Assembly (NCBI RefSeq): GCF_009914755.1
Contig: NC_060936.1
Reading direction: 5' to 3' (one strand)
From: the human T2T-CHM13v2.0 reference genome, Homo sapiens
Length of the DNA stretch: 64,000 nucleotides
Both the position numbers and the translations under genes were made by a program. Under the pieces are notes generated by a model, which was not told the origin of the DNA, ran no database searches, and saw only the letters and a list, made by a program, of their open reading frames with translations. Below are positions 18,541 to 36,150 of the stretch, one piece after another (position 1 is the stretch's first letter; every line of letters begins with the position of its first letter).

Positions 18541-20629
18541 TTTTTTTAGAATAAGAGTAATTGGCTGCATTATTTTTTTAAGGAAGAGGTATAACTTCCC
18601 AGATACTTGCAATGCGGCTAATATACAGTAGCCATTTACTTTCAACATAATTTCTCAACATTTAATTTTTGTCAGTTTTTCATAAAAAATTTATGACAGG
18701 GTAAAAAGATGACATTCCTAAGTCCTAGAAAGTTTATTGATGATAAATACAAAGAATTAAATTGCAGATCAGTCTTAGAAGTGCTATTCTGTGGATAAGC
18801 ATACGGCCCTGGGCAGCACAGACGGGAACATCAGATAGCCCAACCAAACCGGAAGCTTGACTTGGTTGACTTAAGAATTCTTTAAAACTCTTTTGCGTGT
18901 TACATTAATAAAGTTTATTTAATACATGTATTTATATGTTTCAGAAAAAAATGTTCTTAATTTAACATTTGTAAAAGGGTACAATACTGGTGTTTTCTCT
19001 GACTCTGATCTTCTTGATAAACAGTGTACTGAGTTCTCTGTGATATATTTTGTTTGTAATCATGACCATTTCACGTGTCCATAATTTTTTTTCTCTAAAA
19101 ATATCTCTAGACTACATAGTTCTGTTATTTTAGGAATGAGAATAAACGGGATCAAAGTGTACTCTTGTTCTAAGAAACTAATGACAGTTTATTTGTTGGA
19201 AGTTCTGCCTCAGAAGAGCTTCTGATATTTATCTAAAATATATGAATAGTAGTTGTGATCTGTCATTGTTTTTGCAGATATCTAATTGTTGTAATAAAAG
19301 TCATAGGCCCTGTCAGATAGTTAAGAATTTTCATTATTGTTGTTCACAATATCCTACCATTTCATTGAGATATAGCTTGGTGTAATAATAGTACAGTCCC
19401 TGGAGTAAATTTTAGACAAATACTTTCCCAGCCTTTCAAAATCAAGCTGAGTGTTAGAGTGAGAAGTAGACTAGTGAGTGTTGCTATAAAATTTGGAGTG
19501 TGAGATCATTTTGCAGTGTGTCGGGAACAGACTTCCCAAATAGACATTCTAGTATTATCTTACAACTCGATCTTTCCTTAAACTCAATGTATCTGTTTTT
19601 GGTTGATCATTATAGATGTCTGTGATGTGTGAATATGCCCATTTTATCTTCTGTATGAATATGCTGGAGAAAGAGTAGCCTTGCTTGTAGTCTGCTTTTT
19701 TCCTTCTTCTAAAGGAGTTGGCAGGAATTTTTATAAAATAAAGCTAGCCTGATTGTAGCCAAAAGAGGAAATGTTGGTTTATATTTTAGTGGAGAAAACT
19801 GCTGTATAGACTTCTAGGCTACCAAGTCAGAGCATTGTTTTATTTTTATACTATAGTAAAATGGGTGCAGGCGGAGCTGAAGAACCAGACACACTAGTAG
19901 TTAATGTTTTCTTTCTTTACCAAAATAGTAATTGCCATGCTACATTTAGCCATATGTGCCAAAGCGTATGTGAAACTGTTAACTGTAGCCAACATATATT
20001 TCTCCTGACTTGAATGAATTGATGACGAATGGTCAGAAAAGGAGGAACAGTCATACCTAGAAATCAGCTTCCCTGTTGAATTTCACTTCTGGTATTTCCC
20101 TTTGGGATATATTCACTCAGGAGTGTCAGGATTTTTTTTGACTTCCAAGGGAAAGAAACTAGGCTTCAGAGAATTAGCATTTTGATACATCTTTTTATTG
20201 AAGGTCTTTTGAACTCCAGCAACTGTTAATCTTTAAAAGATGATGCTGGTAGTGAAATGCATTTTAAAATTTATATTCATGAATTTAAATTCCTGATTTT
20301 TTTTTTTTTTGGTGAGTTTATTCTTCGAAAGAAATAGCAGTGCTTTTCAAGTGTTTGAAGACTACCAGAATTGAAAGCTCACTGCTTGCTAAAAGCATAA
20401 TACCCAAACCGGAAATGATAAAGGAAAATGTCATTGTCTTTGTATTAAAAAAGAAAATATCTATTAAAAGTCATCATAAACAATGTTAAAAGAAAAATGG
20501 CAGACTTGGAAAAATATTTGTAACATACACAGCAGGTGAAAGGTTATTTTCCTAATATGAAGAGCTCTTAAAATGGATTAAGAAAAAATGTTCAATAACA
20601 AAATGGGCAAAGAACAAGGAGAGAGGAGT

Positions 20630-21705
20630 CACAAAAGTTGATATACAAAGACACAGATAGAAATGATTTGTAATATGACAAAAGTCGATATACAAAGATA
20701 CATATAGAAATGATTTGTAATATGACAAAAGTCGATATACAAAGATACAGATAGAAATGATTTGTAATATGACAAAAGTCGATATACAAAGATACAGATA
20801 GAAATGATTTGTAATATGACAAAAGTCAATATACAAAGATACAGATAGAAATGATTTGTAATATGACAAGTCGATATACAGAGATACAGATAGAAATGAT
20901 TTGTAATATGACAAAAGTCGATATACAGAGATACATATAGAAATGATTTGTAATATGACAAAAGTCGATATACAGAGATACATATAGAAATGATTTGTAA
21001 TATGACAAGTCGATATACAGAGATACAGATAGAAATGATTTGTAATATGACAAAAGTCGATATACAGAGATACAGATAGAAATGATTTGTAATAAGACAA
21101 AAGTCGATATACAGAGATACAGATAGAAATGATTTGTAATACGACAAGTCGATATACAGAGATACAGATAGAAATGATTTGTAATATGACAAAAGTCGAT
21201 ATACAGAGATACAGATAGAAATGATTTGTAATATGACAAAAGTCGATATACAGAGATACAGATAGAAATGATTTGTAATATGACAAAAGTCGATATACAG
21301 AGATACAGATAGAAATGATTTGTAATATGACAAAAGTCGATATACAGAGATACAGATAGAAATGATTTGTAATATGACAAAAGTCGATATACAGAGATAC
21401 AGATAGAAATGATTTGTAATATGACAAAAGTCGATATACAGAGATACAGATAGAAATGATTTGTAATATGACAAAAGTCGATATACAGAGATATAGACAG
21501 AAATGATTTGTAATATGACAAAAGTCGATATACAGAGATACAGATAGAAATGATTTGTAATATGACAAAAGTCGATATACAGAGATACAGATAGAAATGA
21601 TTTGTAATATGACAAAAGTCGATATACAGAGATACAGATAGAAATGATTTGTAATATGACAAAAGTTGATATACAAAGATACATATAGAAATGATTTGTA
21701 ATATG
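20630..21705. repeat. 47-bp minisatellite, ~23 copies (gacaaaagtcgatatacagagatacagatagaaatgatttgtaatat), inside an L1ME-like fragment
   Basis: Unit starts at 20677, 20724 and 20771; three 45-bp variants (gacaagtcg). Confidence 0.97.
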
Positions 21706-21889
21706 TATCAGAATTACAATTGTACATACTTTGTGATCCAGCAATTCCATCTTTGAGAGTTCCCAAGAAAAATGTGGATTCATGTGTAAAGATACATATG
21801 TGAAGGTGCATCTTACAATAGTGAAAAATGAGAACTAACCTAAAATATCCGTAAGTGGAATTTTATGACCAACATCTTCTCTCCAACCA

Positions 21890-22245
21890 ATTTTTTTATT
21901 ATGGTAAAATATATATAACATAAAATTTACCATCTTAACCATTTCGAAGTGTACAGTTTAGTGGCATTCAGTATATCCCATCTATCTCCAGAACTCTTTT
22001 CATCTTGACAGACTGAAACTGTATACCCATTAAACAATAACTCCTCGTTCTGTCCCACTCCTATGTCCTGGCAACCACTGTTCTAGTTCCTTCTTTATCA
22101 ATTCGACTGCTCTAGATACCTCATGTCAATGGATACATATAGTGTTTGTCTTTTTGTGATTGGCTTATTTCACTTAGCACAACGTCTTGAAGGTTCATCT
22201 GTGTTGTAGCATGTGTAAGAATTTCTTTCCTTTTTAAGGCTGAAA
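21890..22245 (-). mobile_element. L1MB-like 3' end
   Basis: aaaatttaccatcttaaccatt...gtgtacagtttagtggcatt...ggcaaccactgttct. Confidence 0.8.
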
Positions 22246-22257
22246 ATCATTAGCAGG

Positions 22258-22681
22258 TGATATGGTTTGGCTGTGTCTCCATTCAAATCTCAACTGGAAT
22301 TGTATCTCTCAGAATTCCCACATGTTGTGGGAGGGCCATAGGAGGAGGTAATTGAATCATGGGGGCCAGTCTTTCCCATGCTATTCTCGTGATAGTGAGT
22401 AAGTCTCACGAGATCTGATGGGTTTATCAGGGGGTTCCGCTTTTGCTTCTTCCTGATTTTCTCTTGCTGCCGCCATGTAAGAAGTGCCTTTTGCCTCATA
22501 CCGTGATTCTGAGGCTTCCTCAGCCATGTGGAACTGTAAGTCCAATTAAACAAGTGCCTTTTGCCTCATACCGTGATTCTGAGGCTTCCTTAGCCACGTG
22601 GATCTGTAAGTCCAATTAAACCTCTTTTTGTTTCCAGTTTTGGGTATGTCTTTATCAGCAGCGTGAAAACGAACTAATAGA
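22258..22681 (+). mobile_element. THE1 (MaLR) solo LTR, sense to ERC1, with a 70-bp internal tandem duplication
   Basis: tgatatggtttggctgtgtc...gaactaataga; near-TSD gcagg/gcagc; duplication 22482-22551 / 22552-22621. Confidence 0.92.
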
Positions 22682-23198
22682 GCAGCCACCTTATTTCCAA
22701 AAAAAAAAAAAGATTTTTTCAATGGATAATGCAGTTATTTATACCCTTATTTAAAGTATGAGGGATCTGAAACCCAGAAAGATGGTGACATGTCTAAATG
22801 TCATAACTAGTCAGCGTGAGAGTCAGAACTGAAACTCATGTTTTCTCATCACAGTTTCGTGTTCTTCCCAGTATGGTACACTGCTTAGGCCTTGAATACA
22901 AGGAATGATCTTTTATTGTTGCTTCTTCATTCCTAAAAATAAGATTTTTGATGTCACAGCCTTTTGGAATTCATTGTATAATGTGCTGGAATTTACATAA
23001 CCATTCAGATTAAAGGTTCGTGTACCTTCTTTAGGGATAGAAGCTAAAGATCTACCCTCTCAAACATTTTAGTAGTTCATCTGCATTAACACCTTTATTT
23101 AATTAGCCACCCATGTTGTTACCGTCCCCTGTATAAAAAGCTTTGCATATTCTAACTTAAAAAAACTTTGCTATATTATTATCTTTGGGTATTACCAG

Positions 23199-23279
23199 TT
23201 TTGATTTCTGCAATCTGCTCTGTTTTTGCTACTAGAGGAGGAAAGCTGATTTGGAGTTTTCTTTTTTTCTTGGTTCTAG
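23199..23279 (+). other. Duplicate of the exon-3 splice-acceptor region (24847-24927)
   Basis: Manual alignment: about 9 differences over about 82 columns; both copies end in tcttggttctAG. Confidence 0.9.
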
Positions 23280-23289
23280 TTTTAGTGGG

Positions 23290-23735
23290 CTGCAAGGATT
23301 GCTTTGAATGCCAGCTCTATCACTTACTCTGTGATCTTGGACAAGTGCTTAAACCTCTCTAAGCCTCGTGCCCTCATTTATAAAATTAAATAATAGTACA
23401 TGTGTTGGGTATCTAAAATAGTCAAATTCACAGAATCAAAGTGTGTAATGGTAGTTGCCGGGGGTAGGGGGAAATGGAGAGTTACTAATCAACAGGAATA
23501 TAAACTTTTGGTTGAGATGAATAAACTCTACAGATTTGATGTATAACATTGTACCTGTAGTCAGCAGTAATGCATTGTACACTTAAAAGTTGTTAGGAAA
23601 GTAGATGTCATGTTAAGGGTTTTTACTACAGTAAAATAAAAAAAGAGTCCATGTGTCATAATGAAGATTAAATAACATAAAAAATGTGTGGTACAATCTG
23701 GCATATACAAACTACTTGTTAAATGTTAATATTTA
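23290..23735 (+). mobile_element. MIR split by an L1MA-like 3' end (~23405-23645)
   Basis: ccagctctatcacttactctgtgatcttggacaagt...aacctctctaagcctc; L1 end ...gtacacttaaaagttgttagg. Confidence 0.7.
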
Positions 23736-23789
23736 TTATTTAATGTTTATAATACTTAAAAGTCATTTTGTATTTCGCTGTCCTTCGGT

Positions 23790-24555
23790 TTTGCTTGTTT
23801 GTTTGTTTTGACACGGAGCCTTGCTCTGTCACCCAGGCTGGAGTGCAGTGGTGTGATCTTGGCTTACTGCAAACTCCACCTCCCAGTTCAAGCAATTCTT
23901 CTGCCTCAGCCTCCTGAGTAGCTGGGATTACAGGTTCGTGCCACCATGCCTGGCTAATTTTTCTATTTTTAGTGGAGACGGGGTTTTACCACGTTGGCCA
24001 GGCTGGTCTTGAACTCCTGACCTCGTGATGTGCCCGACTCGGCCTCCCAAAGTGCTAGGATTACAGGCGTGAACCACCGTGCCTGGCCAATTTTTGTATT
24101 TTTAGTAGAGATGGGGTTTTATCATGTTGGCCAGGCTGGTCTTGAACTCCTGGTGATCCGCCTGCCTCGGCCTCCCAAAGTGCTGGGATTATAGGTGTGA
24201 GCCCCCGCGCCTGGCCATCCTTTGTATTTTTTGATGAAAAAAAAAAAATTTTTTTTTTTTTTTTTTTTTTAAGACAGAGTTTCACTCTTGTTGCCCAGGC
24301 TGGAGTGCAATGAGTGCAGTCTTGGCTCACTGCAATTCCCACCTCTCAAGTTCAAGCGATTCTCCTGTCTCAGCCTCCCGAGTAGCTCAGATTACAGGCA
24401 CACGCCACCACGCCCGGCTAACTTTTGTATTTTAGTAGAGACAGGGTTTCATCATATTGGTCAGACTGGTCTTGAACTCCTGACCTCAGCTGATTTGCCC
24501 ACCTTGGCCTCCCAAAGTGCTGGAATTACACAGGTGTGAGCCACCACGCCCGGCT
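23790..24555 (-). mobile_element. Antisense Alu cluster: Alu 23790-24089 + extra left arm 24090-24216; Alu 24249-24555
   Basis: Alu consensus; TSD tttgatgaaa around the last copy. Confidence 0.88.
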
Positions 24556-24927
24556 GTTTTGATGAAATTTTTTGAAAGAATGTATTCATATTCCTGTAGA
24601 TTTCCCATTTCCCACATTCCCTCAAATTTAGTTTCCGTGTTAATATCTTCTATTAATTTTGAACAGTGTCTTTATTGTAGTTTATGCAAAGTGAGGAGTG
24701 AGTGCCATACTTATTTTGCTTCCTGTTGAGAATAAACTGAAGTTAAATTACTGACATTTTGCATATTATCTCAATCATTTTTTAAGGACCTGTAAAACAG
24801 AATAAGGTGAATCCTAATTTGCTAGATGCAGATTTCTTGTAGCTATTTTTGATTCCTGCAGGCTGCTCTGATTTGCTACTTGAGGAGGAAAGCTGATTTG
24901 GGGGTTTTCTTTTTGTCTTGGTTCTAG

Positions 24928-25344
24928 CACATGCAGATGACAATCCAGGCTCTCCAGGATGAATTGCGGATCCAGAGGGACCTGAATCAGCTGTTTCAGC
25001 AGGATAGTAGCAGCAGGACTGGCGAACCTTGTGTAGCAGAGCTGACAGAGGAGAACTTTCAGAGGCTTCATGCTGAGCATGAGCGGCAGGCCAAAGAGCT
25101 GTTTCTTCTTCGAAAGACATTGGAGGAAATGGAGCTGCGTATTGAGACTCAAAAGCAGACCCTAAATGCTCGGGATGAATCCATTAAGAAGCTTCTGGAA
25201 ATGTTGCAGAGCAAAGGACTTTCTGCCAAGGCTACCGAGGAAGACCATGAGAGAACAAGACGACTGGCAGAGGCAGAGATGCACGTTCATCACCTAGAAA
25301 GCCTTTTGGAGCAGAAGGAAAAAGAGAACAGTATGTTGAGAGAG
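24928..25344 (+). CDS. ERC1: ERC1 coding exon (417 nt, 139 codons, phase 0/0; exon 3 by recall)
   Basis: Acceptor ttttctttttgtcttggttctAG|CAC ATG CAG; donor GAG|gtatgt. Translation HMQMTIQALQDELRIQRDLNQLFQQ...EKENSMLRE is recognised as ELKS/ERC1 coiled coil (ORF 24931..25476 covers it). Confidence 0.97.
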
Positions 25345-25801
25345 GTATGTGACTACTTTTTTAGTTTTATGATTTGTTGGTTATCTTTTTTTTCACTGAT
25401 TAATCAGCATCTTGGCCCCAGTGAATCTACGTGCTCTGCCGTGCTGGTGGAAGAGAATTTCATCTTTTGTATTTAAGTGCGTCACTGATTTCTGTTCTGA
25501 TTTGCCCTGTTGTATGGGATGACATTGTCTGGTATGTATGCTGGCTCAGTGACTTTCTGGGTCTTTTCTCTCCTGCTCCCCTGATTTTGAGAGTTCATTT
25601 GTTGCTAAAGGGGTAAAAAATTCCTTGATTTTTCACTCATCTCTAGATCTGTTCATAGAGACAACAAACACAACAAAACCAGAATCAGAATAGCTAACCA
25701 TTGCTTAATTTAAAAATATTAGTAAAAGAGAGTAAGCGGTTATCTCAGCTTATGTGTGCTTATAAAAGTCCTTGGCAGCAATAATGGATATTTGCCCTGT
25801 G

Positions 25802-25815
25802 GTTTCCATGGAAAC
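25802..25815. promoter_or_regulatory. Perfect palindromic RFX X-box GTTTCCATGGAAAC
   Basis: Matches consensus GTTNCCATGGNAAC; lies in repeat-free intron sequence. Function not shown. Confidence 0.5.
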
Positions 25816-26725
25816 TGTTGCCTTGCTGTAAAAGATACGTGATAAAAATCATTGGCTGCCATGGAGGCATAGCTGGAGAGAGTGATGTAGAGACACAGTG
25901 TTACTTATTTTTAGCTGACCTAGGTGACTACTGATAATTTTTTACTTTTCTAAATAATGTATCATTTTAAGAAGGCGTAAAGGAAGAAACCATCTTATAT
26001 TGAATTAAAAAATTAATAGCCATAATAACTTTTCTATATATAGTTGGACTTCAGGTAATTTTCACTTTTGGGCAGGGGAAAATAAATCCCTAATCTGTGT
26101 TAGTATGAGTCTGAATAATTCCTTTTTAAATAAAATGTGAGGAAGGAGGTTTAAAAAATGGCGTATTCCCAAAGCAGCAAAATAATAATTTTTAAAAATA
26201 CTTCTAAATTTGTAGGTTGTTCTATAATTTTTCCTTTTGTAAAAAGTCTGAAATCTTTTTTAACAGTGAGGGCATTTTTATTTTTGAAGTAGAACATCAT
26301 TGTTTTTTAAAAACATGATGTTATTACACTGGAAATCCATTGTAGTAAAATTGGGAAATAGATTAACAAAAACTTATAACTCAAAGTATTGTTACCTAGT
26401 AATAATTATTAACTTATGTATATGCTTCCAGTCATTTTTTTTTTTATTTTAAATTTTTATTGTTTTTATTTTTAGAGATAGGGTCTCACTCTGTCACTCA
26501 GGCTGGAGTGCAGTGGCATGATCATGGCTCACTGCAGCCTTGAAATCCTGGGCTTAGGTGAGCCTTCTGCCTTAGCCTCCCTAGTAGGTAGGTCTACAGG
26601 TGCATGCCACCATGCATTGTTAATTTTTAAATTAAAAAAAAAATTTTGTAGAGACAGAGTCTCCCTATGTTGCCTAGGCTGGTCTTGAACTCCTGGCCTC
26701 AAGCAATCCTCCCTCCTTGGCTTCT

Positions 26726-31082
<4,357 letters not shown>

Positions 31083-31844
31083 CATTTTTATTATTTATAG
31101 ATTCCTTCATTATTTGTTTCTTTTTTTATCTTACAAGGATGGAATGCTGTGCATCAGCACTGTTCAGAAAGACTTTCTGGGTGGAGTGCTAATTAAGTTG
31201 GGAAGGGGATTTTATAACAGGGTAAGTGTCCTTTAGTAGGTACCCTTTCAGTGGAGATCTGAAGAGAAGAAGCCAGCTTTGCCAAGTAAAATAATTTCAT
31301 GAAGAAGCATTAACAGTTTTAAAGACCTCATAGGAAGGAGTTTTGAGGAAACAGGAGGGAGGCTGGAGGGCAAGAATATACTGTATAAGGGGAAGACTTA
31401 ATGAGATGCGAAATTGGAGAGGTGGCCAGAGTCAGATTCACTTATCACGTATTTACTGGACACCAACCATGCGCACAGCACTAAGGATATAGCAGCAAAC
31501 AAATCCATGCTGTCTTTGAGAAAAAGTACCTGCCTTTATGATCCTTGCAGATAATGCAACCATTTTATTCAAAATGGGAGAGAAAACCATTCCACCGTTG
31601 AATCAAGGGAGTGACACAATCTGATTTGCTTTTAAAATTTACTCTGGTTGTGCTGAGAATAAATGGAGGAAGGAGAGAAGAGTGAACAAGGGAGTATAGT
31701 AAGGAATTTAACTGCTGTAATCTAGATTAGGGGAATGGGGACTTGAAATGATTGCTGGAGATGTACAGAATATCACTAGCGTATCAGGAAGCAGCACAAA
31801 GAATTATGGGCTGGCAATGCTAGGGTATCCAGAAATTTCATTAG

Positions 31845-32192
<348 letters not shown>

Positions 32193-32561
32193 CACATTTA
32201 ATCAATTCTAAAAGTCACAACTTTCCCTGTTTTAACAATGAAATTGAGTTAAGTGTTAACACTTGGTGTCATGTTGACAGTCTATATCAGCAAAGCAGCA
32301 GTCCTGGTATATTTGTTTGCCCGTGTATTCACAAATATAATCATGTCCATTCATTTTGTCATCATTTCAGCTGAGGTATGAGCATTGTTGGCATTTCCCA
32401 TGTTAACTTTGTTGTTCAGTGTTTCTGCATAAATATTCTGTGAATCAGCATTGAAACAAAATTACCCGGTATGGAGAAAGTTATGAAAACAGTTTATGAT
32501 GGTATGTGATTAAACTCTGTTTAAATAAGTTTAAAAAAACTAACTCTTGCAATCAGTATTA

Positions 32562-32868
<307 letters not shown>

Positions 32869-33759
32869 ACCCTAAATTTATGATAAAGTTTTGTGTCATG
32901 ATTTATTTGGAGGCATTTCCACTATTTCTTTTCAGCATGTACAACAGTGGTGTGTCTTATAATCAGTGGCATCTTAGATTTGATGAAATAAGATAGCATT
33001 AAAATGGCATTTGTAGCTATTAGTAGTAACATTTGTAATTAGTTTTACGTTTTCTTTATTAACATGATTTTGTAGCTGGCAGGTAAACAATTCTCCCCCC
33101 CAAAAGCCGAGAGGTAAAAAGTAAGATTTCAATGAAGCATTGTATTTTCTGTTTGTACTCAAATCACATTGTTGTTTGACTGCTTATTCTTAGCTTTTGT
33201 ATTATTTCGCTGTAGCTCCTTTCATTTGACTGTTAGAAGAGTGGGGACATCTCTTGGACAAATGCTGAATTACAGGCAAGACTTGGTTAGTGCTGGGGGC
33301 TTGACAGGTGATTCTGTTATACACCAACATTTGAGGCCCCAACTTTGGTTTTCAGTCCGCTAGCAGAGGATACCTAAGTTGGCTGTGGAATTTTTGGGTC
33401 TTCAATCCATATGCATACCAAACATTGTCTATAGGCCAACTAAATAATATATTTCAGTATGTGCTCCTACTTACTTAAATGCTGGTATGCTATTGTGATT
33501 AATAAAATACAACTTTGTTTTAAAACATTATTGCAGCCTACTAGTTTTTTGTCTGTATTTTAATCAACAAACCGTATTAGTACAACTGCTATCGTGTTAG
33601 GTTTGCAAAAATCTTTGAGGTTAAAAGTGCTAATATTTGAATATGTTCTAGGCTAGGGAATTCTGAATCTAACTAGCATATCTGAGGACTGCTTGTCAGT
33701 TTGTCAGTATTACTGGCAGATAGAAGGTATAAGCAGAGGAGATTAAAGAAAAAAAGAAA

Positions 33760-33850
33760 CATATATATATGTTTATGTGTATTTATTTATATATAAATAT
33801 ATATTTTTCTATATATAAATGTATATTTTTCTATATAAATATATATATTT

Positions 33851-33908
<58 letters not shown>

Positions 33909-33911
33909 AAA
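33760..33911. repeat. AT-rich region with a pure (TA)26 run (33854-33905)
   Basis: Directly visible. Confidence 0.95.
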
Positions 33912-33942
33912 CATAGAAAATGAATAGGAATTTAAAAAGAAA

Positions 33943-34630
<688 letters not shown>

Positions 34631-35071
34631 CTTCCTCTCCTTTTTAAATTACATCATTTGTCCTTCATTTCCATTTTGACAAGGTGACATTTTCTGAGCA
34701 CACTACTATTACCAGAGATGGTAATGGGTTCAGGTACAATGGTGTGTGACACTGGGCAAGTTAAGATACGAAAAAGTGGTAACAGTTCTTTCCATTTACC
34801 CTCTCTTCTTTTTTATTTCTGTCTCCGCTGTGTTGTCAGTATGATAAATTCAGAAATTGAATCTGTGAAGGGACTTCCCGAACAATGTGGAGCTTCTATC
34901 CTTGAACCAAGGGTGCTGAGGGCTAAGACTTGAAACTTGAAAAAAAATTTTCAGACCTAAGTTTTACTTTTTAGTCACACATACTTCTTTCTCTCAGGTG
35001 TGCAAGTAAAAGTTGACTTACTTTTACAAAGAAACAACTAGGGAAAAGGAGAATTATTAAATTTTGTTTCT

Positions 35072-35358
<287 letters not shown>

Positions 35359-35852
35359 CTAAATATAAATTAGTCATTATTCTTTAGTTATTTAAGGAGA
35401 GAAAATGAACATATTTTTTATGGTCTACCACATTTGAAAGTATATTATAGCAACATTAAATGGACTAAGACAAAAAAAGACAAATAGACTATATAACAAG
35501 ATTCAGATACTTCTACCTCTAATTTTTTCAAATGAAAATTTTCAGCCAAAAAGGAGTGAAATAAAGTGACCAAATAGCATATTCTACTTCTTACACTTCT
35601 TTGAATAGTACTTCTATTTCCAGTCTTCTCTCTTTATTGACAATGCGGGAGGCATAGGCTTGATGTGCTTGGTGGGAAAGGGGAGCTTATGAGCTCACTG
35701 ACTGGAAGATGTGTTCATAGTGAACTGTAAGGTGCAGGCTTCTGAATGGGAGTTTGTTTTGAGCAATGGGTTTTAAAACGTCTTTGTAGAAAAGCTTTAT
35801 GCCTATGGATGGTTTAAAATACACCCCAATTCTTTATTGTACGCAGGGAAGG

Positions 35853-36150
35853 ATTTTTTTTTTTTTTTTTGGAGATAGGGTCTGACTTTGTCACCTAGAG
35901 TGCAGTGGCGTGATCTTGGCTCATTGCGGCCTCCACCTCCCAGGCTCAAGCAGTCCTCCTGCCTCAGCCCCCGCAAGTAGCTGGGACTACACATGAGCAC
36001 CACCACACCCAGCTAGTTTTATGTGTTTTTCATAGAGATGGGGATTCACCGTGTTGCCCAGGCTGGTCTCGAACTACTGAGCTCAAGTGATCTGCCTGCC
36101 TTGGTTTCCCAAAGTGTTTGGATTACAGGCATGAGCCACTGCACCCAGTC
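35853..36150 (-). mobile_element. AluJ
   Basis: Antisense full-length. Confidence 0.88.

Noticed and set aside
20552-21811. Long minus-strand ORFs of 278-419 aa
   Set aside because: They arise in all frames from a stop-free 47-bp repeat; the peptides are periodic and there is no gene structure.
25345-25476. ORF extension beyond the exon (likewise 44497-44664 and 55950-56003)
   Set aside because: Intronic read-through past canonical splice sites; no recognisable ELKS sequence.
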